From Acidobacteria bacterium SCN 69-37 (GTDB lineage Bacteria; Acidobacteriota; Vicinamibacteria; Vicinamibacterales; SCN-69-37): a stretch of 64,000 bases of DNA. The first letter of the stretch is position 1; every line of letters starts with the position of its first letter. The translations under genes and the position numbers were made by a program. The stretch lies in contig MEDJ01000019.1 in assembly GCA_001724025.1 (NCBI GenBank), positions 94,359-158,358 of the forward strand, given 5' to 3'. Below the pieces are notes generated by a model, which did no database searches, was not told the origin of the DNA, and saw only the letters and a list, made by a program, of their open reading frames with translations. This document shows positions 34,383 to 43,725 of the stretch, in pieces.

Positions 34383-35216
34383 GTGCAGCTCAATCTCTTG
34401 CCCACAATTCAGCAGGCAATCGCGAACCTCCTGACAGTGTATGAGCCCGAGTTCCTGCGCTTCGGGTACAGCCTCTTCCTGTCATTCGCGACCATCCTGA
34501 TCGTGTGGCAGGGCGTCAAGATGATGTTCTCGCACGACAACCTCGGGGACTCGATGTTCGACTTCGCGAAGCTCTTGATGCTGATCTCGTTCGGCTACGC
34601 CTTCATCGCGTTCTACGAGGCGCCGATTCCAGGCATCGGGGTGTCATTCAGCAACCTCATCACGGACCAGACGGGGTACTTCCAGAGCGTTCTGGAGGCG
34701 CGTGCCTTCGACAACATCTACCGCCACTTCGACGAGTTGTCGGACCATTTTCTCCAGCCCGATGCGTGGTCGATTCTGGCGAACCTGATCTACTGGGCGA
34801 TGCTCCTACTCATTGCTTTGGCCAAGGGACTGTCGCTCGCCGTCATCGCCTTCGGGCTGATCGCGAGCGCGGTGTGCGGACTCCTGGGGCCGATTTTCGT
34901 GCCGTTCTTCATCGTGCCCAAGCTGGAGTGGCTCTTCTGGGGCTGGTTGAAATCGTTCATCCAGTACTCGTTTGTCCCGGTGGTCGCCATCGCGTTCCTG
35001 ATGATCTTCGAGCAATTCGTCTTCCGCTATGTGACGACGCTCCCGCCAACGATCACGTCAGCGGAGTACGGCGTGTATGGCCTTCAGGCGGTCGCCGTCG
35101 TGGTGACCTTCTGTATCGGGATCGCGCTTGTCCCCTCGCTGACGAGTTCGATCTTCTCCGGGCAGGGCGGCCAGAGCATCCTCTCCTCTGTTCCGCGCCT
35201 AATCCGCATGCGTTGA
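34383..35216 (+). CDS. virB6: VirB6/TrbL-like polytopic membrane protein
   Basis: 277 aa with at least 5 hydrophobic helices. It follows the VirB5-like genes. GTG start. Confidence 0.6.
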   Translation: MQLNLLPTIQQAIANLLTVYEPEFLRFGYSLFLSFATILIVWQGVKMMFSHDNLGDSMFDFAKLLMLISFGYAFIAFYEAPIPGIGVSFSNLITDQTGYFQSVLEARAFDNIYRHFDELSDHFLQPDAWSILANLIYWAMLLLIALAKGLSLAVIAFGLIASAVCGLLGPIFVPFFIVPKLEWLFWGWLKSFIQYSFVPVVAIAFLMIFEQFVFRYVTTLPPTITSAEYGVYGLQAVAVVVTFCIGIALVPSLTSSIFSGQGGQSILSSVPRLIRMR

Positions 35217-35227
35217 AGGAACACGTT

Positions 35228-35404
35228 ATGCCACGCCGATTCCAGACGCCCGTTCCAGACCATTTGCGCGAGCCTCACGAGGTCAATGTGCCAGGTCTGT
35301 GGAACGTCTACATCCTCGGTATCGGCATCGCCATCCTCTTGGGCCTTGTCGGCGGATCGCTGTGGATCGCGTGGCGACTTCTGGCTGCCCGCTTCTTCGA
35401 GTGA
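35228..35404 (+). CDS. Small single-pass membrane protein
   Basis: 58 aa with TM segment LWNVYILGIGIAILLGLVGGSLWIAW. It fits exactly between virB6 and virB8. Confidence 0.35.
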   Translation: MPRRFQTPVPDHLREPHEVNVPGLWNVYILGIGIAILLGLVGGSLWIAWRLLAARFFE

Positions 35405-35414
35405 GGGGTGCATC

Positions 35415-36125
35415 ATGAGCGCGACCACGGCGGACCTGAATCCCAAGACGCTCGAGGGCGCCAAGCGCCAGTTCGTGGAGTTGTACGGGTCCGCGCTGGT
35501 CACGAACACGTACCTCCGAATCGCGCTGGCACTCGTCTCCCTGGTGGCCGTCGGGCTGGTCGGACTCAACGTCTACACCGTGTCGCGGTACTCGCAGGTC
35601 AAGCCGCTGGTCATCCGGATCGACGACGTCGGCAGGGCCGAGGCGGTGCAGTACGACGCGACGAGCTACCAGCCGCAACCGCCTGAACTCCGGTACTTCC
35701 TCACGCAGTTCATCGTGAAGCACTTCAGCCGGCTGCGCGCCACAGTTCAGCGCGAGTACCCCGATTCTCTCCTTTTCCTGGAGCCGGGCCTGGCGGACGC
35801 CACCATCGCTCAGAACGAACAGAGCCGGGCCATCGAGACGTTCATGACGAACCCGTCCGCCGACGAAGTGGACATCGTTGTTCAGAACGTCAGCCTGACC
35901 GAGTTGGCGCAAGCGCCGCACAAAGCCTCCGTCAGCTTCCAGAAGCTTCTGTACGCTCCGGGAACGCGCCAGGAGCGCGCCCGCCAGACCTTCATCGCGC
36001 AGATCGATTTCACCTTGAGGGACCGGGTGCCCAACGAGTTCGTTCGCGTCAATCCGCTCGGCCTTCAGATCTCGTACTTCCGCGTAGATCAGGCGTTCGA
36101 GGAGGGGCAGGCCAATGGTCGCTAA
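35415..36125 (+). CDS. virB8: VirB8-family protein
   Basis: N-terminal TM segment (LRIALALVSLVAVGLVGL), then an NTF2-like region LVIRIDDVGRAEAV...RYFLTQFIVKHFS. Confidence 0.7.
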   Translation: MSATTADLNPKTLEGAKRQFVELYGSALVTNTYLRIALALVSLVAVGLVGLNVYTVSRYSQVKPLVIRIDDVGRAEAVQYDATSYQPQPPELRYFLTQFIVKHFSRLRATVQREYPDSLLFLEPGLADATIAQNEQSRAIETFMTNPSADEVDIVVQNVSLTELAQAPHKASVSFQKLLYAPGTRQERARQTFIAQIDFTLRDRVPNEFVRVNPLGLQISYFRVDQAFEEGQANGR

Positions 36126-36405
36126 CGTCGCCTTCCTCGCAGCCCTGACAACCTTCCTGGTGGTCGCGTGGCTTGCCGGCGAGCTGTCGTTTCTTGCGCC
36201 TTTCAAGGCGGGGATCTTTCGCAATCACGGAGTCACGATCGGCGTGACGATCCTGGTCCTCTTTCTGAATCTGTTCGCCGCGTACTACGGCATCGCACGC
36301 TGGCTTTTCCTGCGCGACGCCGGGCGCAAGCTGGCACACATGGACCAGCAGCTCGGGTCGCGAGACGCCGTCTTGAGCGACCTCCACAAGGAATTCAAGC
36401 CATAG
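36115..36405 (+). CDS. Small membrane protein
   Basis: 96 aa with two hydrophobic helices. It overlaps the virB8 3' end. Confidence 0.4.
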   Translation: MVANVAFLAALTTFLVVAWLAGELSFLAPFKAGIFRNHGVTIGVTILVLFLNLFAAYYGIARWLFLRDAGRKLAHMDQQLGSRDAVLSDLHKEFKP

Positions 36406-36415
36406 GAAATGACGC

Positions 36416-37339
36416 ATGTGGCGCGACATTGACCCTCGTGACGAGGAGCGTGACCGGCCCGACTTGGGTCGAGGAAGTACCGCGCGTGCCGACGAGTCGA
36501 CATCCAAGAGCGATGAGCCTCGAGACGCCCTGACACGAGATCTGGACCTGCCGCGCGGCTCCACGCGCCGCCCTGTGAGGGACCGGGATCGCATGATCAA
36601 TCTGCGCGAGTCCGAAGTCCGAATGCTGGCTACTGCCGGCGCGTTTCGCGTTGTAGTTGCCTCCGACCTTCGCGATCAACGCGGCTGTCCCGCACAGGCC
36701 CGCAACGGCGAGTTGAGAGCCCTCCGCGACGCTGGCCTCGTGGAGACAAGACCCTACCTCCTCGGCCGAGACCGGGCGACGCTAGTGACATTGACGGAGC
36801 GCGGTCGCGAACTGTTGGAGCGGCATCGCAAGACCGACCGCGACGGCACAGCGCAGACCTACTACGCCGGCTTCGTGAAGCCGCGAGAACTGTCTCACGA
36901 CGCACAGCTCTATCGGGCCTACGAACGGTCGGCCGAGCGGCTCAAAGACAAAGGCGCATCGGTCACACGAGTCGTTCTCGACTACGAGCTGAAGCGGGAC
37001 TACCAGCGGTTCCTGCACGATCTGAAGCGCGAGCGCCGCGGGCAGGAACAGGACGCCGATCGCCACGCCGCCGACGTTGCGGAGTGGGCTGCCAGCCGAG
37101 AGCTTCCGGTGGTGGACGGCCACGTCCATTTTCCCGACGTTCGCATTGAGTACGAACGGCCCAACGGCGAACGGAAGGTCGAGGACGTCGAGGTCGTGAC
37201 GCCCCACTACCGCGGCGCCTACGCCGCGGCGAAGGGGCGGACCGGCTTCAGCTCCTATCGCATCAGCACCGGTCTCGGAGGCCGCGGCGGGCGGTCCGGA
37301 CGCAGTCCCAACCCGCGCATCTTCGAGGAGTTCTTGTGA
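36416..37339 (+). CDS. Hypothetical wHTH protein, possibly replication-relaxation-like
   Basis: MLATAGAFRVVVASDL...LRALRDAGLVE looks like a winged helix. H-V-H occurs in VVDGHVHFPD. The family assignment is tentative. Confidence 0.4.
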   Translation: MWRDIDPRDEERDRPDLGRGSTARADESTSKSDEPRDALTRDLDLPRGSTRRPVRDRDRMINLRESEVRMLATAGAFRVVVASDLRDQRGCPAQARNGELRALRDAGLVETRPYLLGRDRATLVTLTERGRELLERHRKTDRDGTAQTYYAGFVKPRELSHDAQLYRAYERSAERLKDKGASVTRVVLDYELKRDYQRFLHDLKRERRGQEQDADRHAADVAEWAASRELPVVDGHVHFPDVRIEYERPNGERKVEDVEVVTPHYRGAYAAAKGRTGFSSYRISTGLGGRGGRSGRSPNPRIFEEFL

Positions 37340-38337
37340 CCCACGAAGAGCGCGTCAAGCGCGTGGCAGGCTTTGGCTTCACACATCGACAGGCTGCCTT
37401 TCTAGTCGAGGTGATGCTCCATTCCGGCTTCTTTCTTGGCCGGCAGTACTGCACGTTTGCCCGGATCGTACGCGGGCAGAAATTGGTCGACTTTCTCCAG
37501 AAGCTGACCAGCCGCAAGCTGGCGACACCCTACTTGTGTGGCCACAGCAAGGCTCGGGTCTACCACCTGCACCACGCCGCGCTGTACGAGGCGATCGAGC
37601 AGCGAGACGTCCGGTTTCGCAAGCGGATGGCGGCAGGGCAGGCGCTGGAACGCCTGATGATCCTTGACCATGTGATCACACATCGGGAGTTTCGCTGGCT
37701 CGGATCCGAACAGGACAAGGTCGCCCATTTCCTGACCACGACTTCACTTGAGCGGGACGCATTGCCGCGACTGGCCTTCGGCGTCAGACCCAACGTCACC
37801 ATCCGACACTTCCCGGACAAGCTGCCGATTGGTGTCTCGCCTGATGGCCGAATGCACACGTTCCTGTATCTGCTCGTGAACCCGGTGCCGTACGACTTCC
37901 GGGTATTCCTCCGCCGCCACGCAGAGTTGCTTCGGGCCTTGCCTGCGTGGTCGATCCGCCTCCTTGTGCCTGTCGACCAAACGGACCGGGACGGCTGGGC
38001 GCAGCACCTGGCGGACGACTATGAGGGTGTGTTCAGGCAGGAACTCGCTTCGCCGCTCGATACCGTGACCGCGAACGAACTCCGCTGGTTTTGGGAGGCG
38101 CAGACCCTTGGCTCAGGAGTCGCCGAGGAGAAGCGGATGCGCCGTGCCCGGCGCATCTTCGGGACACCTCGCTTTCGTGGGCTGCGCCGTGCGTTGGAAC
38201 TCGATGGATCCCGTGCCGTTGATGTCGCGATGTCGAGGAGTCTGGCCGACGCCATCGAGCGGAATGAAGGCAGGTTTGAACGCCATGAGATGCGCCGTCA
38301 GTACCTTCGTCTCTCACATCTGGTCGGTACGGCCTGA
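37336..38337 (+). CDS. Hypothetical protein (second wHTH-like protein, function unknown)
   Basis: FTHRQAAFLVEVMLHSGFFLGRQY...KLVDFLQKL looks like a winged helix. H-L-H-H occurs in RVYHLHHAALY. It overlaps the upstream gene by 4 nt. Confidence 0.4.
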   Translation: MTHEERVKRVAGFGFTHRQAAFLVEVMLHSGFFLGRQYCTFARIVRGQKLVDFLQKLTSRKLATPYLCGHSKARVYHLHHAALYEAIEQRDVRFRKRMAAGQALERLMILDHVITHREFRWLGSEQDKVAHFLTTTSLERDALPRLAFGVRPNVTIRHFPDKLPIGVSPDGRMHTFLYLLVNPVPYDFRVFLRRHAELLRALPAWSIRLLVPVDQTDRDGWAQHLADDYEGVFRQELASPLDTVTANELRWFWEAQTLGSGVAEEKRMRRARRIFGTPRFRGLRRALELDGSRAVDVAMSRSLADAIERNEGRFERHEMRRQYLRLSHLVGTA

Positions 38338-38346
38338 CCGGACTCG

Positions 38347-38405
38347 AGGGGAACGGGAAGGGGAACACAGGGGGGAACAGTACCCGCGCGCGAGGTGTTC
38401 CCCCC
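38347..38405. repeat. Three GGGGAAC direct repeats at 13-nt spacing plus an inverted copy forming a 10-bp stem
   Basis: GGGGAAC occurs at 38347, 38360 and 38373. GGGGGGAACA (38371-38380) pairs with TGTTCCCCCC (38396-38405). Confidence 0.5.
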
Positions 38406-38572
38406 TCGCGATAAATGGACTCGCCGGTTCTGCTGCTTCCTGGTCCGACGGTGCCGGTGAAGCGTCCACGGCGAAGTCGTTGCCCCGCTGCTGGTTGCGG
38501 TCGTCACGAACGGGCGGCGGTTTCTGCCGCCCGCTGGCTGCCGGCAGCCGAGCGCGGCGATCAAGTAGGAAG

Positions 38573-38650
38573 CCGTGGCGTGAGCGACCACGCGTTTGCA
38601 CCGATCGCGCTGCCAAGCCTGCGGCCAGCGCGTGGTCGCTCACGCCACGG
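38573..38650. repeat. Perfect 22-bp inverted repeat with 34-nt spacer (oriT candidate)
   Basis: CCGTGGCGTGAGCGACCACGCG (38573-38594) pairs with CGCGTGGTCGCTCACGCCACGG (38629-38650). It lies in a 460-nt non-coding gap upstream of an RHH-like gene and virD4. Confidence 0.5.
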
Positions 38651-38800
38651 CAGCCCGTGACTGTCGAGGTTCATCTGCAGCGAGATCCGCAGGTGGTCAC
38701 CACCGCGGAAACGTCACTGCATCTTGCCGCGATTCTGCCGCGCCCAGTGCCGTGGAACCAGCGGGCGATCTGTTCGCGTTAGCCCCGTGTAGGAGGAACC

Positions 38801-39118
38801 ATGCCGCTCATCAAACCGCGCACTCGTGGCAAGCAGTTGGTCCGTCGGATGGTCAGGCTCGATCGCGAAACGAACGAGACGCTGTTTGCCTATGCGCACT
38901 TCCTCGGTGAGTCCACCGACTACGTGCTCAATGAGGTCATCGACACCGTCCTGGCCAAGGACAAAGAGTTTCAGGCCTGGCGTGCTGAGCACACCGCCTC
39001 GTTCGTGCCACCGTCGCCAGCCGGTCAACCCCTGAAGAAGCGCCGGAGCAGACGCCGCACCGAATCGCCGCCCGCCGCGGCCGACGCTGCAGCCGAACCA
39101 TCCGTGACGCACGCCTGA
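38801..39118 (+). CDS. Small RHH-like protein (possible relaxosome accessory factor)
   Basis: RRMVRLDRETNETLFAYAHFLGESTDYVLNEVIDTVL has a beta-alpha-alpha look. It lies immediately upstream of the coupling-protein gene. Confidence 0.4.
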   Translation: MPLIKPRTRGKQLVRRMVRLDRETNETLFAYAHFLGESTDYVLNEVIDTVLAKDKEFQAWRAEHTASFVPPSPAGQPLKKRRSRRRTESPPAAADAAAEPSVTHA

Positions 39119-39119
39119 C

Positions 39120-41135
39120 GTGCGGGCAGGAAAGGCACGAGCCGTGAGCCGGATGATTCTCGAACAACGAGCGCTGGTCGCGATGCTGATCGCGATGGGT
39201 GTGGGCACGGTGGGTGTCCACGCCTATCCGGTCGATCGCGCCAACGTGTACCTGCAGATCATCGAGTTGCGGAATCCCACCGCATTCCTGGTGTTGGTGT
39301 ATGGGTACGCGGCGCTGTGGTTCACGACGCCGTTCTTCGCCGCGTCCGTCCTTGGTTCCCTGACGGCCATCGTCGCGTACCGCCGGCCGGCGAAATCTAA
39401 ACAACGCGCCCTTCCTGCGTACATCGCACCCGAACGGCGGCCGTCGCCCACGTTGGTACTTGGCGAGAGCCATTTTGAGACAACAACAGGACGTGCGCCC
39501 GCGCCGACGTGGCTCACGATTCCCCAGCGTGGCCTCTACACGGGGGTGATGGTAGTTGGCGCCGTTGGAACCGGCAAAACGTCCGCGTGCATGTACCCGT
39601 ACACCGACCAGCTTCTGCGCTGGAGAGCGGATGATCCTCAGCGCAAGATCGGAGGGCTCGTCCTCGAAGTGAAGGGCGACTTCTGCCAGCAGGTCCGCGG
39701 CATGCTGTCGCGTGCCGGGCGCGCCTCGGACTACACCGAGATTCGGCTCGGTGGCGACATCTGCTACAACCCGCTCCATAACGATCTCGATCCCTACGCG
39801 GTCGCGTACGCCATCGCGACGCTCGTCAACAACCTGTTTGGCAAGTCGAAGGAGCCGTTCTGGCAGCAGGCGTACACCGACCTGCTCAAGTTCGTCATCC
39901 TCTTGCGGCGTCTTGCCGATGGGTACACCACGTTCGCAGAGGTCTATCGCTACATCCTCACGGACGGCCTGATCGACGGCGAGATCTCGAAGCTGAAAGC
40001 CACGCTGAAAGAACCGCCGGAAGTGATCGTGGTGCCGCTGACGAACTACGAGCTCCAGGATCTGGCGAACTCGGCGTGGAGAGACTGGTTCTCGGATGGA
40101 CCCGATCACATGGCTCGCCAATACAGCGGCGACCTCGAAGGATACCTGGCCGATCGGAAGATCCCATTTGAGGTTCGCCGCGCGCAGGGAACCGCATGGC
40201 TGGATCGCAAACACCAACTCGAAGCCGTTGACCGATGGTTCACGCACAGCTGGAAGAAGCTGGACAACCGCCTGCGTTCGTCGATCACCGAGGGCATCGT
40301 GGTCTTCCTCTCGCTCTTCGATGACAACCCGGCCGTCCACCGGACGTTCTGCCCGCCGCGAAGCGCCTACGCCAGTCCGCCGAAACCGGGCGAACCGAGG
40401 CCGTTGCCTCCGCTTCAGGAACTCCTTGAATCGGGTCATGTACTGGCGCTGAACTTCCCGGTGGGCCTGAACCCCGGACTCGCGCGCGCCGTAGGCGTCA
40501 TGCTGAAGCTGGACTTCCAGCGCGCGGTCATCCAGCGCATCCCGAAGATCACGGCGCACCCTGAGCGGACCTGGCGCGATCTGCTGTTCGTGTGCGACGA
40601 GTACCACGCGTTCGCGACGGTCGGCGAAACCGACCCGACCGGCGACGAGCGCACCTTCGCGTTGTCACGGCAGGCACGGCTCATTCCCATCGTCGCGACT
40701 CAGAGCGTCAGTTCGCTGCGTTCCGCGCTGCCCGGTGACGAGAGTTGGCGCACGTTGCTCCAGTGCTTCCGCACGAAGTTGTTCCTCGCTACCAGCGATG
40801 AGTTCACGGCGCGCGCCGCGGCGGATCTATGCGGTCGGCGCGACCGTCTCAAGGCCCACTACACGCTGTCCGAAGGCGGCCAAGGCGCACACATCTCCTT
40901 GCTGACGGGCAGGGCAACCGCCGCAAGGCAAACGGTGAGCGCGAGCAAGAGCTACGCGCCGCATCACGAGTACATCTTCTCGCCGCGCGTCTTCACCGAG
41001 TTGCAGAACGGGCAGGCCATCGCGTTGCCGTACGACGGTCTCAATCCGATGCGTCCGCAGTTCTGCTACCTGAAACCGCACTACCTTGACGTCCAGACCA
41101 GCTACTTCGACCAGGTGGCGCGAGGGCAGTTGTGA
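39120..41135 (+). CDS. virD4: VirD4/TraG-family type IV coupling protein
   Basis: N-terminal TM helices, Walker A VVGAVGTGKTSACMYP, and Walker B LLFVCDEYHAF followed by IVATQSVSSL. The start could be GTG 39120 or ATG 39153. Confidence 0.85.
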   Translation: MRAGKARAVSRMILEQRALVAMLIAMGVGTVGVHAYPVDRANVYLQIIELRNPTAFLVLVYGYAALWFTTPFFAASVLGSLTAIVAYRRPAKSKQRALPAYIAPERRPSPTLVLGESHFETTTGRAPAPTWLTIPQRGLYTGVMVVGAVGTGKTSACMYPYTDQLLRWRADDPQRKIGGLVLEVKGDFCQQVRGMLSRAGRASDYTEIRLGGDICYNPLHNDLDPYAVAYAIATLVNNLFGKSKEPFWQQAYTDLLKFVILLRRLADGYTTFAEVYRYILTDGLIDGEISKLKATLKEPPEVIVVPLTNYELQDLANSAWRDWFSDGPDHMARQYSGDLEGYLADRKIPFEVRRAQGTAWLDRKHQLEAVDRWFTHSWKKLDNRLRSSITEGIVVFLSLFDDNPAVHRTFCPPRSAYASPPKPGEPRPLPPLQELLESGHVLALNFPVGLNPGLARAVGVMLKLDFQRAVIQRIPKITAHPERTWRDLLFVCDEYHAFATVGETDPTGDERTFALSRQARLIPIVATQSVSSLRSALPGDESWRTLLQCFRTKLFLATSDEFTARAAADLCGRRDRLKAHYTLSEGGQGAHISLLTGRATAARQTVSASKSYAPHHEYIFSPRVFTELQNGQAIALPYDGLNPMRPQFCYLKPHYLDVQTSYFDQVARGQL

Positions 41136-42133
41136 GCAGCCTGGACCGGATTCTGCCGTTCCTGAAACCAATCGAGGATCTCCTCTGCGATCCGACGATC
41201 ACCGAGGTCATGGTCAATGACGGCGGCCGGCGCATCTTCGTTGAGCGCGACGGCACCATCGAGGCGGTCCAGGACCGAACCCTCGAGACGCGGAACCTTA
41301 CGGTCGCGATCAAGAACATCGCGCGGGCCTGCGGTGACGAGATCTCTGACGCGCAGCCGCTCCTGGATGCGCGCCTCGAGGACGGCTCCCGCGTGGCGGC
41401 GATGTTTCCGCCTTGTGCGGTGGCGGGTCCGGTCCTGACGATCCGGAAGTTCACGCGGCGCTACAGCCTCGACGACCTCGTAGCGGTCGGGTCGCTGACT
41501 GCTGAAACCGCAACGGAACTAACCGGCGCGATTGCGACTGAGCAGAACGTCCTGTTCTCCGGCGGTACCGGCACCGGTAAGACCACGCTGCTCAACGCGC
41601 TCGCGGCGCACATTCCCGATCACGATCGGATCGTCCTGATCGAGGAGACCGCAGAGATTCATCTGAACAAACCGAATGTTGTTCGACTCGAGGCACGGCG
41701 TGCACAGCCGGCGCTTGGCCAGGAGGCGCCGCTACCTCCCGTCACGATTGCCGACCTGCTTCGTGCGGCCCTGAGGCATCGACCTGACCGCATTCTAGTT
41801 GGTGAGGTCCGTGGCGCGGAAGCGTTCGACCTGCTGCAGGCGCTGAACACCGGGCACCTCGGCAGTCTCAGCACGATCCACGCGAATTCCGCGGAACAGG
41901 CCCTCACACGTCTGGTGCACTGTGTGCTGACCGCAAACGTGGGGCTGCCGCACCGCAGTATCCGAGAAGCCATCGGACTGGCGATTCACCTTGTCGTGCA
42001 CATCGGGAGAATGGGCGGACACCGGCGCGTTACACAAGTCGCGGCATTGCGCGGTTACGACGTTCAAAGCGATCGGTTCCTGCTCGAATCGCGGCTTCTG
42101 GAACATCCAGTGCCGCAGGGAGCCTTGTCATGA
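41132..42133 (+). CDS. virB11: VirB11/TrbB-family secretion ATPase
   Basis: Walker A FSGGTGTGKTTLLNAL, Walker B RIVLIEETAEI, and the His-box region TGHLGSLSTIHANS. Confidence 0.85.
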   Translation: MSSLDRILPFLKPIEDLLCDPTITEVMVNDGGRRIFVERDGTIEAVQDRTLETRNLTVAIKNIARACGDEISDAQPLLDARLEDGSRVAAMFPPCAVAGPVLTIRKFTRRYSLDDLVAVGSLTAETATELTGAIATEQNVLFSGGTGTGKTTLLNALAAHIPDHDRIVLIEETAEIHLNKPNVVRLEARRAQPALGQEAPLPPVTIADLLRAALRHRPDRILVGEVRGAEAFDLLQALNTGHLGSLSTIHANSAEQALTRLVHCVLTANVGLPHRSIREAIGLAIHLVVHIGRMGGHRRVTQVAALRGYDVQSDRFLLESRLLEHPVPQGALS

Positions 42134-42609
42134 GGGTACGAATTCGACATTGGGTGGCCTTGCTTCTGTTCCTTCCGCTGGGCGCGTGCGGCGGTGGCGG
42201 CTCCGCGCCGACCTCGCCGTCGCCGGCGCAGTCGTTCCTCGCCGGAACATGGCGAGGCACCATGACGATCCAGCCGGATCCCACGGGTGCCCAGCCTGGT
42301 GCTCCGGTCACCGGCGCCGTGACGTTCACCTTCGAGGTGGTTCCGCAGACGAACCTCCAGTCCTTCCGCACCACCATTCGCTCGGAGAACGGCTGGCTTC
42401 CAATCACCCTGACCTCATCGACATCGATGATTCCTGGCAACACGCCGCCAGCGCAGATCAGCACCCAAGGCGAGTACAACTCTCCGCGCGGATGCCGCGG
42501 GACATTCGGGAGTTTCGCGACCGCCGAAGCCCGCAGCATTCAGGGCAGCATCACCGGAGTCGATTGCCCCGTGCCGTTCACGGGTTCGGTCGCCCTCACA
42601 AAGGAGTGA
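42130..42609 (+). CDS. Lipoprotein, function unknown
   Basis: Lipobox LLFLPLGAC followed by a Gly/Ser/Pro linker. Confidence 0.55.
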   Translation: MRVRIRHWVALLLFLPLGACGGGGSAPTSPSPAQSFLAGTWRGTMTIQPDPTGAQPGAPVTGAVTFTFEVVPQTNLQSFRTTIRSENGWLPITLTSSTSMIPGNTPPAQISTQGEYNSPRGCRGTFGSFATAEARSIQGSITGVDCPVPFTGSVALTKE

Positions 42610-42613
42610 CGAC

Positions 42614-43510
42614 GTGGTAGCGATCGACCGGAGCGCGCCAGGTCGCTTCTTGCGAGCGGCGTTTGCTCCGAACGACTCGGTAGGCGTACTCCTCAAGACC
42701 TATCGCACAGGTCAGGTGATTCAGCGCATCGTGCCTGTCACAACAGCGGCTGGCGACCGCTTTCAGGCATGGCTCCGTTATCTGAACTCACACGGCTGGA
42801 ATGTGTACGTCAGCGTGAACGCCTATCGGCCGGGCCGATCGCGCGCGCGCTCGGCCGTCGCCCAGGTGCGGCATCTGTTCCTCGAGGAGGACGTCGACGG
42901 TCCAGGGCTGCTCGCCGCCCTGTCGACACGACCGGATCTGCCACCGCCTTCGTACGTGCTGCATTCGTCACCTGGCAGGCTGCACGTGCTGTGGCGCGTG
43001 CGGGACATCGCGCCCCCGGGAGTCGAGTTGCTGCAGAAGCAGCTCGCGCGGGAACTGCTGACAGATCGAGCGGCAACTTCGAGCGCGCAGACCACAAGAT
43101 TGCCGGGATTCTTCAATCACAAGCGGAATCCATCGAGTCCAGTCGGCATTGAGTACCTCCGTTGGCGAGATGTCTTCTGCGCGGAGGATCTGCCAGAGGT
43201 CAGTGCCGCAACACCTACGCGAGTTGCGACAACGACTCGTCGTTCTGTGATGGCCTCCGGTCCGGTGGAACGCGCGCGCGCATTTCTCCAGCGCGTCGGT
43301 CCCGCGGTGTCAGGTCAATGCGGCGATCTGCTGACGTTTCGCGTGTGCTGTCGACTCGTGCGGGGATTCGGTCTCTCGGATGACGAGGCTGTGCGGGTGC
43401 TCAGCGAGTGGAACGCGCGATGCGAGCCGCCGTGGTCAGAACGCGAGCTGCGACAGAAGATTGCGAACGCGAGGAGGTACGGGCGTGAGCCTCAGGGTGG
43501 CCTCTTGTGA
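42614..43510 (+). CDS. RepB-family / plasmid-type DNA primase
   Basis: NVYVSVNAY, HLFLEEDVDG and YVLHSSPGRLHVLWRV fit the RepB-primase pattern. The C-terminal region looks PriCT-like. GTG start. Confidence 0.6.
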   Translation: MVAIDRSAPGRFLRAAFAPNDSVGVLLKTYRTGQVIQRIVPVTTAAGDRFQAWLRYLNSHGWNVYVSVNAYRPGRSRARSAVAQVRHLFLEEDVDGPGLLAALSTRPDLPPPSYVLHSSPGRLHVLWRVRDIAPPGVELLQKQLARELLTDRAATSSAQTTRLPGFFNHKRNPSSPVGIEYLRWRDVFCAEDLPEVSAATPTRVATTTRRSVMASGPVERARAFLQRVGPAVSGQCGDLLTFRVCCRLVRGFGLSDDEAVRVLSEWNARCEPPWSERELRQKIANARRYGREPQGGLL

Positions 43511-43546
43511 AGTCACCTCATGCGTATGCTCGTATCTCGGCAATGA

Positions 43547-43594
43547 AGAATTGGCAATTCTCCTATTGACATCGAAGGCGCATGGTTGTATTGA
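43547..43594 (+). promoter_or_regulatory. Candidate sigma-70 promoter with an upstream 7-1-7 palindrome
   Basis: Palindrome AGAATTG-G-CAATTCT (43547-43561), then TTGACA (43566-43571), 17 nt of spacer, and TATTGA (43589-43594). Confidence 0.35.
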
Positions 43595-43725
43595 TGGATC
43601 TTCCCGTCACCACGCACGCGCTCCCAGGGCCGTGCGTCCCACCCCTGTTCGACGGCGTCCTCAGGACCTGCTCGAACCAGCCACTGCCAAGCGGTCTCAG
43701 GCCCACGGCAGTCTTGGAGACAACC

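Noticed and set aside
38347-38405. GGGGAAC repeats considered as a possible mini-CRISPR array
   Set aside because: The repeat unit is 7 nt at a 13-nt period, with only three copies. That is far below CRISPR repeat and spacer sizes. No cas genes and no CRISPR array occur anywhere in the window.
38937-40607. 556-aa minus-strand ORF antisense to virD4, plus similar long antisense ORFs at 47204-48262, 48680-49726, 55913-57211, 56508-58010 and 57926-59521
   Set aside because: Each lies opposite a gene with strong family motifs (coupling protein, RadC, recombinase, thiD/moaE, prfA). Each has the biased composition of antisense reading frames in G+C-rich DNA.
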